A stretch of 64,000 bases of DNA, taken from Verrucomicrobiales bacterium (GTDB lineage Bacteria; Verrucomicrobiota; Verrucomicrobiia; Verrucomicrobiales; V1-33). Of this stretch, positions 1 through 8,969 are shown piece after piece. Where the stretch lies: positions 1 to 64,000 of the forward strand of contig JANOAV010000051.1 of assembly GCA_031411295.1 (NCBI GenBank), written 5' to 3'. Made by a program: the position numbers and the translations under genes. Each line of letters begins with the position of its first letter. The stretch's first letter is position 1. Below the pieces are notes generated by a model that was given only the letters and a program-made list of their open reading frames with translations, was not told the DNA's origin and ran no database searches.

Positions 1-1044
1 GGTAGCGTGAACACGGTGAAGATCCTCGTGGGTAATGGGAGTTCGGGAATTTACACCCAAAGCGGCGGGACCGTTGTCATTCCCACCACCGGGTTAGTGG
101 AGTTGGGAACCGCTGGAAATTCCACGGCGACCTCGGTCCTCAATCTGGATGGCGGGATCTTGCAGGCGGTCCAACTCGCACCGGCTGCCGGCTGGCTGGG
201 AACATCCACGATCAATCTGAATGGCGGCACCTTCAAGGCGGTGGGCACCAGTTCGAACCTCTTTTCGGCGACGGTGACCGGCAGTCAGCCGGGCAGCATT
301 TTCGTCAAGGCGGGTGGCGCGGTGATTGATCCCAATGGTCGCCCCGTCACCATTAGTTCAAGCCTGCTGACCCATCCCACGAGCACGGGGGGCGGGTTGA
401 CCAAGCTGGGCGGCAACACGCTCACGCTCTCTGGCGTGAACACTTATACCGGCCCCACCACCGTCACCGGCGGCGTTCTTGCCGTCAATGGTTCCTCGAT
501 CGCGAACTCCAACAAGCTCGTCCTCAACGGCGGCAAGGTGGATCTAACCGGTGCGGAAACCGTCGGCAGCCTCTTCTTCGGCGTCGTTCAACAAATTGCT
601 GGAACCTACAGCGCCACCGGCGCAGGGGGAACCATCGCCAATTCGAATTTCACCGGTGCGGGAACCCTCATCGTGACCTCCGGTCCGGTGAGTGGCTTTT
701 CCACCTGGGCGTCCGCCAACGCGGGCAGCCAAGCGCCCGACCTGGATTTCGACAAGGACGGCATGCCCAACGGAGTCGAATATTTCATGGGTCAAACCGG
801 CTCGACCTTCACCGCCAATCCTCCAGTCGTGACTGTCGGCGCGGTAAGAACCGTGACTTGGTCGCGCGATCCTGCGGCGGTTGCCACCTTCAAGGTGCAA
901 ATCTCCGATAGCCTTGGCGCCGGAGGCTGGACCGATGTCGTGCCCCCGAATGCGAGCATTGATCAGAGCAATCCGAACCAAGTCACCTACACCCTGCCAA
1001 GCGGCGCGCCGACGAAATTCTGCCGCCTTTCCGTGACGCCGTAA
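1..1044 (+). CDS. Autotransporter-associated beta-strand repeat (PATR) surface protein, 5'-truncated by window edge
   Basis: Frame open from base 1; Gly/Thr/Asn-rich; PATR repeat GGLTKLGGNTLTLSGVNTYTGPTTVTGGVLAV; C-terminal W...DFDKDGMPNGVEY...KFCRLSV domain. Confidence 0.85.
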   Translation, partial: GSVNTVKILVGNGSSGIYTQSGGTVVIPTTGLVELGTAGNSTATSVLNLDGGILQAVQLAPAAGWLGTSTINLNGGTFKAVGTSSNLFSATVTGSQPGSIFVKAGGAVIDPNGRPVTISSSLLTHPTSTGGGLTKLGGNTLTLSGVNTYTGPTTVTGGVLAVNGSSIANSNKLVLNGGKVDLTGAETVGSLFFGVVQQIAGTYSATGAGGTIANSNFTGAGTLIVTSGPVSGFSTWASANAGSQAPDLDFDKDGMPNGVEYFMGQTGSTFTANPPVVTVGAVRTVTWSRDPAAVATFKVQISDSLGAGGWTDVVPPNASIDQSNPNQVTYTLPSGAPTKFCRLSVTP

Positions 1045-1259
1045 TCGTCCCGGCTCCATACCTCGGCAATGAAGTCCCTGACAGAGCCTCAGATAACATC
1101 TAAACCGTGAGCATTCTGCCGCGCCACAAAATCTAGGCTGAGTGCAAAAAAAGGTGAACTTTCGCATTCCCTTCTGCCAATCCTTTGCTTTGTTGTGCCT
1201 TCTTGATTGGCCATGGTTAATTGGGATGATCGTTATTATTTTAAAACTCTCCAAAATAT

Positions 1260-2849
1260 ATGAAGCTACGTCACGCCGCTTTCGCCTCCATCTTGCTGGC
1301 TCACCCCTTGCTCGCGCAGGAAGGCAAACTGCCTGCGGAGTCCTTATCCACGCATTTTGCAGAAGTTTCCTCACACTTGGAACTTGGGGGCGTTTTCTAC
1401 GGTTACGCTGATATTGATTCGGATATCAAAACCCTGACCGACACGCTGGACTCCATTCTGGATGGCGTGCGCAAACAAGGTCAGGCACCCATCCCAGAAA
1501 AGCTCACCGCCACCGGCATTATTGCGGAACTGGGCTTGGACTCCGTCAAAGCCCTCGGGGCCAGTTCCCGCAAAAACGGCAACCTCTTTCATAATCGCGC
1601 GTTTCTGGCCACTCCAGATGGTGCCAAGGGGGTGCTGAAAATGCTGGGTGGCAAAGCGGCCCCCTTCCTCTCCAGCACCCTGGCCCCGGCGGATGCAGAC
1701 ATCGTGCTGGAGGAAGATCTCAATCTAAGTGTCGTCCTCGACATCGTGACGAATATCATGAAGCAGGCCGAGCAACCAGACGCTTTAAAATCAATGGAAG
1801 AAGCACTCGGCAAGCGCATGGAGCCCATGCCTTTCACGGTGGGCGAATTCATTCAGAAGCTCGATACCAAGATCACGTTCTTCGCCAGCATCGATCGGGA
1901 AAAGAAACTGGACATCCCAGATGCCCCGGTGGCCATCCCGCAAGTGCAGGCGGTGCTGGCCTTGAACAAAATGGGCTGGCTCTTTGCCGAGTTGAAAAAA
2001 ATGACCGCTGACAGCGAGGATTTCCAACTGCAAAAAGGAGACGGTTATGAAGCCATCCGACCCACCAAGCCCTTGCCCCCAGCCTTTGAAGGCTACAAGC
2101 CCCTGCTCTATCACGACATCAAGTCTGACCGCATCCTTTTGGCCACGAACACCGACTACCTCATGGCCGCCCTCGCAGGCGATAAGCCCTTGTCAGGAAA
2201 CGCCGATTTCAAGAAAGCCACCACTGGCCTTCCTGCTGAAGGCAATGGGCTGAGTTATGTTTCCAAAGGTGCCATCAAGGTGATCTGGGAACTCCTGGAT
2301 GGCGTGGCCAAGACCGCACCTAACGGGCAGGGGGACATGATCCTAAAAATCTATGGTGCCTTGCTGCCAAAGGGCGACGACGCCATGGCCAGCGCCCGCG
2401 CTAACTTGCCCAAGGGAATGCTGTTCGTGTCCAATAGCTCCGACACCCACAAGTCCACCGTCGCTACTGCGATCGTTTACCCCATGGCCATCCTGGCCGC
2501 CGGAGTAGGTTCTCGCTGGCAAAACATGATGCCCATGCCTCAGGGAGCCCCGGACGCTGACGGCCCATTCGAAGCCCCCAAAGCCGCTCCCAAGGCCAAG
2601 CCAGAAGAGAAAATCAAGAATAACCTGGAACAAATCGCCTTCGCTGCCGAAGCCTATTTCCTGGATCACCCCAAGGAAAACGAAGTCACTTATGCCGGCT
2701 TGATCAAAGGTGGGTTCCTCTTCGAAGTCACCTCCGTTGCTGGGGAGGACTACAAAGCACTGACGCTGAAACGCAGCGGCGGCAAAATCTCCGTGCAAAC
2801 CAAAGCTGGCACTTCCATTAACCACAGCTACCAAGCCATCTCAGACTAG
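1260..2849 (+). CDS. Exported hypothetical protein with C-terminal hydrophobic helix and pilin-like domain
   Basis: 529 aa ORF, signal peptide MKLRHAAFASILLAHPLLA; hydrophobic VATAIVYPMAILAAGV then NNLEQIAFAAEAYFLD...VAGEDY. Confidence 0.7.
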   Translation: MKLRHAAFASILLAHPLLAQEGKLPAESLSTHFAEVSSHLELGGVFYGYADIDSDIKTLTDTLDSILDGVRKQGQAPIPEKLTATGIIAELGLDSVKALGASSRKNGNLFHNRAFLATPDGAKGVLKMLGGKAAPFLSSTLAPADADIVLEEDLNLSVVLDIVTNIMKQAEQPDALKSMEEALGKRMEPMPFTVGEFIQKLDTKITFFASIDREKKLDIPDAPVAIPQVQAVLALNKMGWLFAELKKMTADSEDFQLQKGDGYEAIRPTKPLPPAFEGYKPLLYHDIKSDRILLATNTDYLMAALAGDKPLSGNADFKKATTGLPAEGNGLSYVSKGAIKVIWELLDGVAKTAPNGQGDMILKIYGALLPKGDDAMASARANLPKGMLFVSNSSDTHKSTVATAIVYPMAILAAGVGSRWQNMMPMPQGAPDADGPFEAPKAAPKAKPEEKIKNNLEQIAFAAEAYFLDHPKENEVTYAGLIKGGFLFEVTSVAGEDYKALTLKRSGGKISVQTKAGTSINHSYQAISD

Positions 2850-2851
2850 CC

Positions 2852-4126
2852 ATGGGTAAGCCGATTCGCTTGGCGATCATCGGTGGCGGCAGCCGGGGCT
2901 GCACTTATGCCTCGTTCGCGACTCATTTTCCCGAGCGCGCGCAAGTGGTGGCGGTAGCTGAACCTCGCGAGGATCGACGCGCGGAAATGGCGTCGCGTCA
3001 CCACGTGGCTGGCCCCATGACCGTGGCTGACTGGACCCAACTTCCACCGCTCTCAGGACTGGCGGATGCTGTCGTCATCGCCACGCCCGACCAATTGCAT
3101 ACCGCTCCAGCGCTTCATTTTGCAGCGCAGGGGCTCCATCTACTTTTAGAAAAGCCGCTGGCCCCCACCCCGGATGAATGCCAGCAAATTGTTCACGCAG
3201 TAGATCGGGCCGGAGTCTTTCTGGCGGTCGGTCACGTGCTGCGCTACACCCGCTACACCAGGAAACTTAAGGAACTGCTCAACCGTAAAATCATTGGAGA
3301 AATCGTTAGCTTGCAACACTTGGAGCCGGTCGGATGGTGGCATCAGGCGCATTCGTTCGTGCGGGGCAATTGGCGTAACACTAACAGCAGCACGTTCATG
3401 TTGATGGCCAAATCCTGCCACGATCTGGACTGGATCCGCCACATCATGGATCGCCCTTGTGAAGCTGTCAGTAGCTTCGGCGGACTGCAACACTTCACCC
3501 GAGCGAACCAGCCTGCGGGAGCGGCGGATCGTTGCCTGGAATGCCCCTCGCGTATTGAAGAAACGTGCCCTTACTCGGCTCAGAAAATTTACCTGAATCG
3601 ATTGGCGACAGGTCAAACCGGTTGGCCGTTGGATATTCTGGCCCTGCATCCCACCGAGGATTCCATCCGGGAAGCCCTGCGCACCGGCCCCTACGGGCGC
3701 TGTGTCTATGCTTGCGATAACAATGTGGTGGACCATCAAGTGGTTAATCTACAGTTTGCTGGAGGCCCTACCGCCAGCTTCACCATGACCGCGTTTACGG
3801 CTGCCGCTCCGCGTAAAACCAACATTTTCGGAACCCACGGCCACATCTATGGCGACGGGCAGAATCTCACCGTCCACGATTTTGCCTCCGATTCCATTTC
3901 CACCATCGATACCGAAGCCAACGTCCGGAGCCCAAGCGCGCTCACAGGCCATGGCGGAGGAGATTTCGGGTTGATGGATTCCTTCCTCACGGCCATCAAA
4001 AGCCACGATTCTAGCCACATTCTCTCCGGCCCGGCCGCCACCCTGGAGAGCCATCGCATTACCTTTGCCGCCGAAACCGCCCGCCTTGAACAACGCGTGG
4101 TGCGGATGGATGAATTTGCCAAATGA
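2852..4126 (+). CDS. Gfo/Idh/MocA family oxidoreductase
   Basis: Rossmann IIGGGSRG, LLEKP motif, VGHVLRY, KSCHDLD, GHGGGD. Confidence 0.92.
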   Translation: MGKPIRLAIIGGGSRGCTYASFATHFPERAQVVAVAEPREDRRAEMASRHHVAGPMTVADWTQLPPLSGLADAVVIATPDQLHTAPALHFAAQGLHLLLEKPLAPTPDECQQIVHAVDRAGVFLAVGHVLRYTRYTRKLKELLNRKIIGEIVSLQHLEPVGWWHQAHSFVRGNWRNTNSSTFMLMAKSCHDLDWIRHIMDRPCEAVSSFGGLQHFTRANQPAGAADRCLECPSRIEETCPYSAQKIYLNRLATGQTGWPLDILALHPTEDSIREALRTGPYGRCVYACDNNVVDHQVVNLQFAGGPTASFTMTAFTAAAPRKTNIFGTHGHIYGDGQNLTVHDFASDSISTIDTEANVRSPSALTGHGGGDFGLMDSFLTAIKSHDSSHILSGPAATLESHRITFAAETARLEQRVVRMDEFAK

Positions 4127-4542
4127 AATGGGTCCATCCGTCGGTGTTCGGGTTTCCGCACGGATGGATCAATAGACCGTGGCTTGTGGGCGCTCCTCCC
4201 AGCATCCCACGCACAAGGCACCTTCCGCACTTCCTGCTTCTTGGCCTGATGCTTCATTTCCTCAATGACGGATACCGAAATGTCCGGAACCGCTTTCTTC
4301 ACGATATCATCAATGATCCGATTATTCTGTCCCAGCACGGATCGCAGGTTGGCCACCTCCGCTGTAAGTTCTAGCACACTACGTTTCATCGTGAGCAACT
4401 CTGCCTTGTTAGCCACCAGCGCATCATCCTCACGGGGATCTTTCGTTTCTATCATCGCCTCCAAGCGGGCTTCCAATCGACTGGCCGCTTCCTCGTCACC
4501 TGCTTCTCGTAATTTGAGCATGGCGTCATTCATCGCAGCCAT
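3847..4542 (-). CDS. Hypothetical coiled-coil protein (3' end uncertain; may be degenerate)
   Basis: First ~105 aa are heptad-like and fill the 4127-4600 gap; the tail overlaps the Gfo gene antisense by 280 bp. Confidence 0.4.
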   Translation of the reverse strand: MAAMNDAMLKLREAGDEEAASRLEARLEAMIETKDPREDDALVANKAELLTMKRSVLELTAEVANLRSVLGQNNRIIDDIVKKAVPDISVSVIEEMKHQAKKQEVRKVPCAWDAGRSAHKPRSIDPSVRKPEHRRMDPFHLANSSIRTTRCSRRAVSAAKVMRWLSRVAAGPERMWLESWLLMAVRKESINPKSPPPWPVSALGLRTLASVSMVEMESEAKSWTVRFCPSP

Positions 4543-4644
4543 GCGTTTCTCGCGCTCCTTGCAGGATTTCGTAATTCCGGCTCCATCACTACTTGGTTTT
4601 GATGGTGATTGACGGAGAGAACTGAAAGATCCATAAGTCGGCTT

Positions 4645-5673
4645 ATGTCCAAACTACTCAACTGCTGGTTGCTGCTGCTAGCCGCTCTCATTTCCACCAA
4701 ACCGATTCATGCTGCGGAAGATGTGCCGTGGCTAACCTACCCGGGAGAAGAGGGGCCGGGAAAGGGTAAGCACATCGTGCTGATAGCTGCGGACCAAGAA
4801 TATCGCAGTGAGCAATCGATGCCGATGCTGGCGAAGATTCTGAGCAAGCATCATGGGTTCGATTGCACGGTGTTGTTCTGCGTGAATGAAAAAGGTGAGG
4901 TGGATCCGACCATGCCGGTTTATCCCGAAAAGGGGCAACCGTTGCAGGAACATCACATTCCGGGGCTGGAGAACCTGGCGCAGGCGGACTTGGTAATTTT
5001 CTTCCCGCGCTTGCTAACCTTACCGATGGCGGAGCGGGAGATGATTGTGAAATATATCGACTCCGGCAAACCGATCATTTCGCTCCGCACCGGAAATCAT
5101 GGATTTCACGCCCCGTTGCCCTACAAAATTAATGGCAAGCAAGTGAACTGGGGAAATGATATTCTTGGCGGCTCCTTCATGGGACACCATGGCCGTTGGC
5201 ATGCGGATTCCACCCGGGGCACTATTGTGCCCGAACAGAAGGACCATCCGATTCTGATCGGGGTGAGCGATATCTGGGGGAATTCCGATGTTTACCGGAC
5301 TTACAAGGAGGGTGGCAGTCTGCCCGCTGACTGCACCGCGTTAGTCTGGGGCCAACCACTGATGGGCCGGAAACCGGACGACGCCCCGAACCCCAAGCTG
5401 GAGCCATTGCCAGTCGCTTGGTTCAAGCCGTGGCAGACTAGCGAAGGCAAGACGGCGCGAGTTTTCCAATCTACGATGGGCAGCGGCAGTGATTTGGAAA
5501 ACCCGGGGCTGCGTCGCATGATCATCAACGCGAGTTACTGGTGCATGGGCATGGAAGCGGCCATCAAGGCCGACCGCAGCGTGGAGATCGTCGGGACTTA
5601 CAAGCCACTGGAAAGCGGTTTTAACTATAAAGAACTGGGAGTGAAGCCGCAGCCGATCTCCGCTTACAAGTAG
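4645..5673 (+). CDS. ThuA-like domain exported protein
   Basis: Signal peptide from ATG 4645; GPGKGKHIVLIAADQEYRSE, LRTGNHGF, RVFQSTMG typical of PVC ThuA-like proteins. Confidence 0.8.
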   Translation: MSKLLNCWLLLLAALISTKPIHAAEDVPWLTYPGEEGPGKGKHIVLIAADQEYRSEQSMPMLAKILSKHHGFDCTVLFCVNEKGEVDPTMPVYPEKGQPLQEHHIPGLENLAQADLVIFFPRLLTLPMAEREMIVKYIDSGKPIISLRTGNHGFHAPLPYKINGKQVNWGNDILGGSFMGHHGRWHADSTRGTIVPEQKDHPILIGVSDIWGNSDVYRTYKEGGSLPADCTALVWGQPLMGRKPDDAPNPKLEPLPVAWFKPWQTSEGKTARVFQSTMGSGSDLENPGLRRMIINASYWCMGMEAAIKADRSVEIVGTYKPLESGFNYKELGVKPQPISAYK

Positions 5674-5727
5674 CTGGAGTCCCCCAAAACCATGAACTCC
5701 CCCACCCTGTAAATCTACTGCTTTTAT

Positions 5728-6855
5728 ATGAACCTCCTCAATTGGACTCTGGTATTACTGGCGGCCCCGGTGCTGGCAGCGGAAGTAAAACTTTCCTCGC
5801 CTGTTGATTGGCAAATCGAACAACGGTCGAGTCGGGAAAGTGGCCACATCCGCTTGGAGGGCACGCTGGCGGGAGCAGTTGCTGGGACGTATGCCGTGGA
5901 AGCCAGGATAACTCAGGATGGCAAGCCGGGGGATTGGCAGGTCGCATCCAATGAAACTCAGGGAGCCACGTTCAAGGCAGTCATCAAGGCTCCGACGGGA
6001 GGTTGGTATCGCGTGGAGGTGCGAGTGATGAGTGGCGGCCAAATGGTGGGCGAGACGACAGTGGCCCATGTTGGTGTGGGGGAGATTTTCGTGGTGGCAG
6101 GCCAGTCGAATTCAGCCAATCATGGCGCGGAAAAACAGCAGCCGAAATCGGGTTTGGTGGCCACGTTCGATGGTAAACTTTGGCAACCCTCCAACGACCC
6201 GCAACCGGGAGCCAGCGGTGGTGGCGGGAGTTTTATTCCTCCGCTGGGGGATCTTCTAGCACAGCGTTTCCAAGTGCCGGTGGGGTTTCTGTGCTGTGGC
6301 ATCGGTTCCACCAGCGTCCGAGAATGGCTGCCGCGGGGAGCCTCCTTCCCCAATCCGCCTACTATACTGAGGAATGTGGAGCAGACCGCAGAAGGTCATT
6401 GGGAAAGCAAAGGGCAACCCTTTGCCGATCTGGTTGGTAAAATGAAAACGCTCGGCCCTCAGGGCTTCAGAGCTGTCCTGTGGCATCAAGGTGAGAGCGA
6501 TGCCAATCAAAAAGACGCGACCCGAACTCTGCCGGGAAAGCTCTATCAGGAATACTTAGGCAAGGTGATTCGAGAGTCCAGTAAGGAGCTTGGCTGGTCT
6601 CCTCCGTGGTTTGTGGCTCAAGTGAGTTATCATATTCCCGGGGACGAATCCTCGCCAGATCTTCGCGAGGCCCAAGCCGCACTCTGGAAGGATGGCACAG
6701 CCTTGGAAGGGCCGGATAGCGATGCCCTGAAAAGCGAATTTCGCGAAAACAACGGGCAGGGAGTGCACTTCAGCGGCCCCGGCCTAAGGGAACATGGTGC
6801 CCGCTGGGCGGGAAAGATCGCACCTTGGCTGGAGCAGCAGCTAGCGCACCAATGA
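5728..6855 (+). CDS. Sialate O-acetylesterase (SASA/DUF303, SGNH) family
   Basis: VGVGEIFVVAGQSNS, LWHQGESDA, GVHF; signal peptide. Confidence 0.85.
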   Translation: MNLLNWTLVLLAAPVLAAEVKLSSPVDWQIEQRSSRESGHIRLEGTLAGAVAGTYAVEARITQDGKPGDWQVASNETQGATFKAVIKAPTGGWYRVEVRVMSGGQMVGETTVAHVGVGEIFVVAGQSNSANHGAEKQQPKSGLVATFDGKLWQPSNDPQPGASGGGGSFIPPLGDLLAQRFQVPVGFLCCGIGSTSVREWLPRGASFPNPPTILRNVEQTAEGHWESKGQPFADLVGKMKTLGPQGFRAVLWHQGESDANQKDATRTLPGKLYQEYLGKVIRESSKELGWSPPWFVAQVSYHIPGDESSPDLREAQAALWKDGTALEGPDSDALKSEFRENNGQGVHFSGPGLREHGARWAGKIAPWLEQQLAHQ

Positions 6856-7035
6856 TTCTCCCATTCCGCTCGACAAGGCGCGGAATGGACGGATCGAGCG
6901 AACGGTCAACCAAGGAATCACCCGCAAATTTGGAGAGACGTGATGATTTTCTTGCTTCCCGATTCGATCCGGTATTGATTAGTTTTCCTACCAGCGTTCG
7001 CGTCGCTCCACAGCAACCAAATTTTAACCCAATCT

Positions 7036-8379
7036 ATGAACACGTATCATCCATCCCGTTCCTCCCGCCGAGTCTTTATCAAGACTGGCGTAAAATCCGC
7101 TGCAGTCGCCTGGGGCTTTCCCACCATCATCCAGAGCAGTGCGCTTGGAGCAGATGGAGCCGTCGCGCCTAGCAATCGCATCACCATGGGCGTAGCAGGT
7201 TGGGGCATGCAGGCCCCGGGCAACACCGCGCAATTTCTCCGTCAAGCCGATGTCCAAGTTATTGCGGCGTGTAACATTGATCAGCACCACATGGAAGCCG
7301 CTTTGGGCACCATCAACACCAAGTATGGCAACAAGGATTGCCGCGCCTACAAAGACTACCGGGAAATGATGAGCCAAAAGGACATCGATACCGTCATGCT
7401 GGCGGTGCCTGACAACTGGCATGCCCTGATGTCCGTGGAGGCAGCGAATAACAAAAAGGACATTTATGGCGAGAAGCCCCTGGCCCGCACCATAGCTGAA
7501 CAACAAGCCATCGTGAAAGCCGCCCATGCCAATAAAATCATCTGGCAAACCGGCTCCTGGCAGCGCAGCACCTCCCAGTTCCTCAAGGCGGCAGAAATGG
7601 TGCGCAATGGCCTCATTGGGAAGATCAAGGAAGTCCATGTGGGACTCCCGTCCGGCCACAATGATTTTGCCGGCACCAAGGATAAACTCACGGTGACCGA
7701 CCCTCCCGCGCATTTGGACTACGAAATGTGGATCGGGCCGGCCTCCATGGAGCCCTACATCGAAGGACGCATCCACAAAAACTGGCGCTGGAATTACAAC
7801 ATCGGCGGCGGCCAGCTGCTCGACTGGATTGGGCACCATTGCGATATCGCCCACTGGGGCATGGATTGTGATAATTCCGGCCCCTCTGAGGTCAAGCCGC
7901 TCCAAGTCGATTTCCCAGCCAGAACGGCTCCTTGGAATACTGCCACCAAATATCGCGCTGAACTAACTTATCCTGGCGACATCAAAATGATCATCGCTGG
8001 CGGACATGACGATATCAAAATGGGCACCAAATGGATCGGCGAGAATGGCTGGATCTGGGTGGACCGCAGCGGATTCGATTCCTCTGACCCGGAACACAAG
8101 CGTTACAGCCGACTCCCTGAGGCCCAACGTAAAACGTCGCTTTATTACAGTGGCGATCATTTCAAGAATTTCATTGATTGCGTGAAGAGCCGCGAACCCA
8201 CGATCACGCCCGTGGCCACCGCCCACCATAGTGCCATTCCCGGTCACTTGGCGCTGATTTCCCTCATGGTGAATCGCCCCCTGAAGTGGGATGCGGCCAA
8301 GGAGGTTATCATTGGGGATGCGGATGCCTCCAAACTCCTGAGCCGGGAATACCGCGGCCAGTGGAAGCTACCCGCCTAA
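7036..8379 (+). CDS. Tat-exported Gfo/Idh/MocA oxidoreductase
   Basis: SRRVFIK twin-arginine, PDNWH, YGEKPL, QTGSWQRS, DWIGHHCDI. Confidence 0.92.
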   Translation: MNTYHPSRSSRRVFIKTGVKSAAVAWGFPTIIQSSALGADGAVAPSNRITMGVAGWGMQAPGNTAQFLRQADVQVIAACNIDQHHMEAALGTINTKYGNKDCRAYKDYREMMSQKDIDTVMLAVPDNWHALMSVEAANNKKDIYGEKPLARTIAEQQAIVKAAHANKIIWQTGSWQRSTSQFLKAAEMVRNGLIGKIKEVHVGLPSGHNDFAGTKDKLTVTDPPAHLDYEMWIGPASMEPYIEGRIHKNWRWNYNIGGGQLLDWIGHHCDIAHWGMDCDNSGPSEVKPLQVDFPARTAPWNTATKYRAELTYPGDIKMIIAGGHDDIKMGTKWIGENGWIWVDRSGFDSSDPEHKRYSRLPEAQRKTSLYYSGDHFKNFIDCVKSREPTITPVATAHHSAIPGHLALISLMVNRPLKWDAAKEVIIGDADASKLLSREYRGQWKLPA

Positions 8380-8395
8380 GCTTGCTCAGCAACGA

Positions 8396-8923
8396 TCACT
8401 CCGCTTTTTTGATTTCAACTCGAGCCTTGAGCATTTGCTTCAGATCATTGATCTGAGCCTCCGAGGCCTTGATTTCATCTTTCAGAAAAACTACCAAGCG
8501 CTGCAATTCTTGCTCGCGCGCGGTGGCCTGCTCGCTGGTAGAGAGCAGGCTCTTTTCGGTGGATTCCAGTTTCCGCTGGAACTCCGCTAACTGTTGCGAC
8601 TGCGCCTGCAATCGCTGCTCCAATTCCTGCGTGGGGACGGGCTTCATCTGCAAGGCATAAAATGCCTGCTGCGTCTCCGCCAATTGCAACTGACTGGCGG
8701 CCAACTCTCGCTGTTGTTGGAGGGAATACTGCATGACCGCGACAGTCGTTCCCAGCACCCCGAGCGCACCCGGCAACCAGAGCCATTTCCAGCCCCAGGT
8801 GCTTCCCGTGGTTCGCGCTGGCAGCGGAGCGGGCGGCACTTCATAGCGCTTGGGCCCCACGAATAATGCTTCCAGTCGCTCGACAAATATTTCGCGCGGA
8901 GTGGTTTCTACGACACTTGGCAA
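8396..8923 (-). CDS. Single-pass membrane coiled-coil protein (start uncertain; TTG 8923 proposed)
   Basis: TM segment WLWLPGALGVLGTTVAVM followed by long Gln/Glu-rich heptads; ORF track extension to 9250 overlaps the upstream gene. Confidence 0.6.
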   Translation of the reverse strand: MPSVVETTPREIFVERLEALFVGPKRYEVPPAPLPARTTGSTWGWKWLWLPGALGVLGTTVAVMQYSLQQQRELAASQLQLAETQQAFYALQMKPVPTQELEQRLQAQSQQLAEFQRKLESTEKSLLSTSEQATAREQELQRLVVFLKDEIKASEAQINDLKQMLKARVEIKKAE

Positions 8924-8969
8924 TTCATGTTCTAGTGCCGCAACCAGGATTCCCTCGTCCGCAGGAACC

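Noticed and set aside
7024..7905. 293-aa minus-strand ORF
   Set aside because: Antisense to the well-supported Tat oxidoreductase
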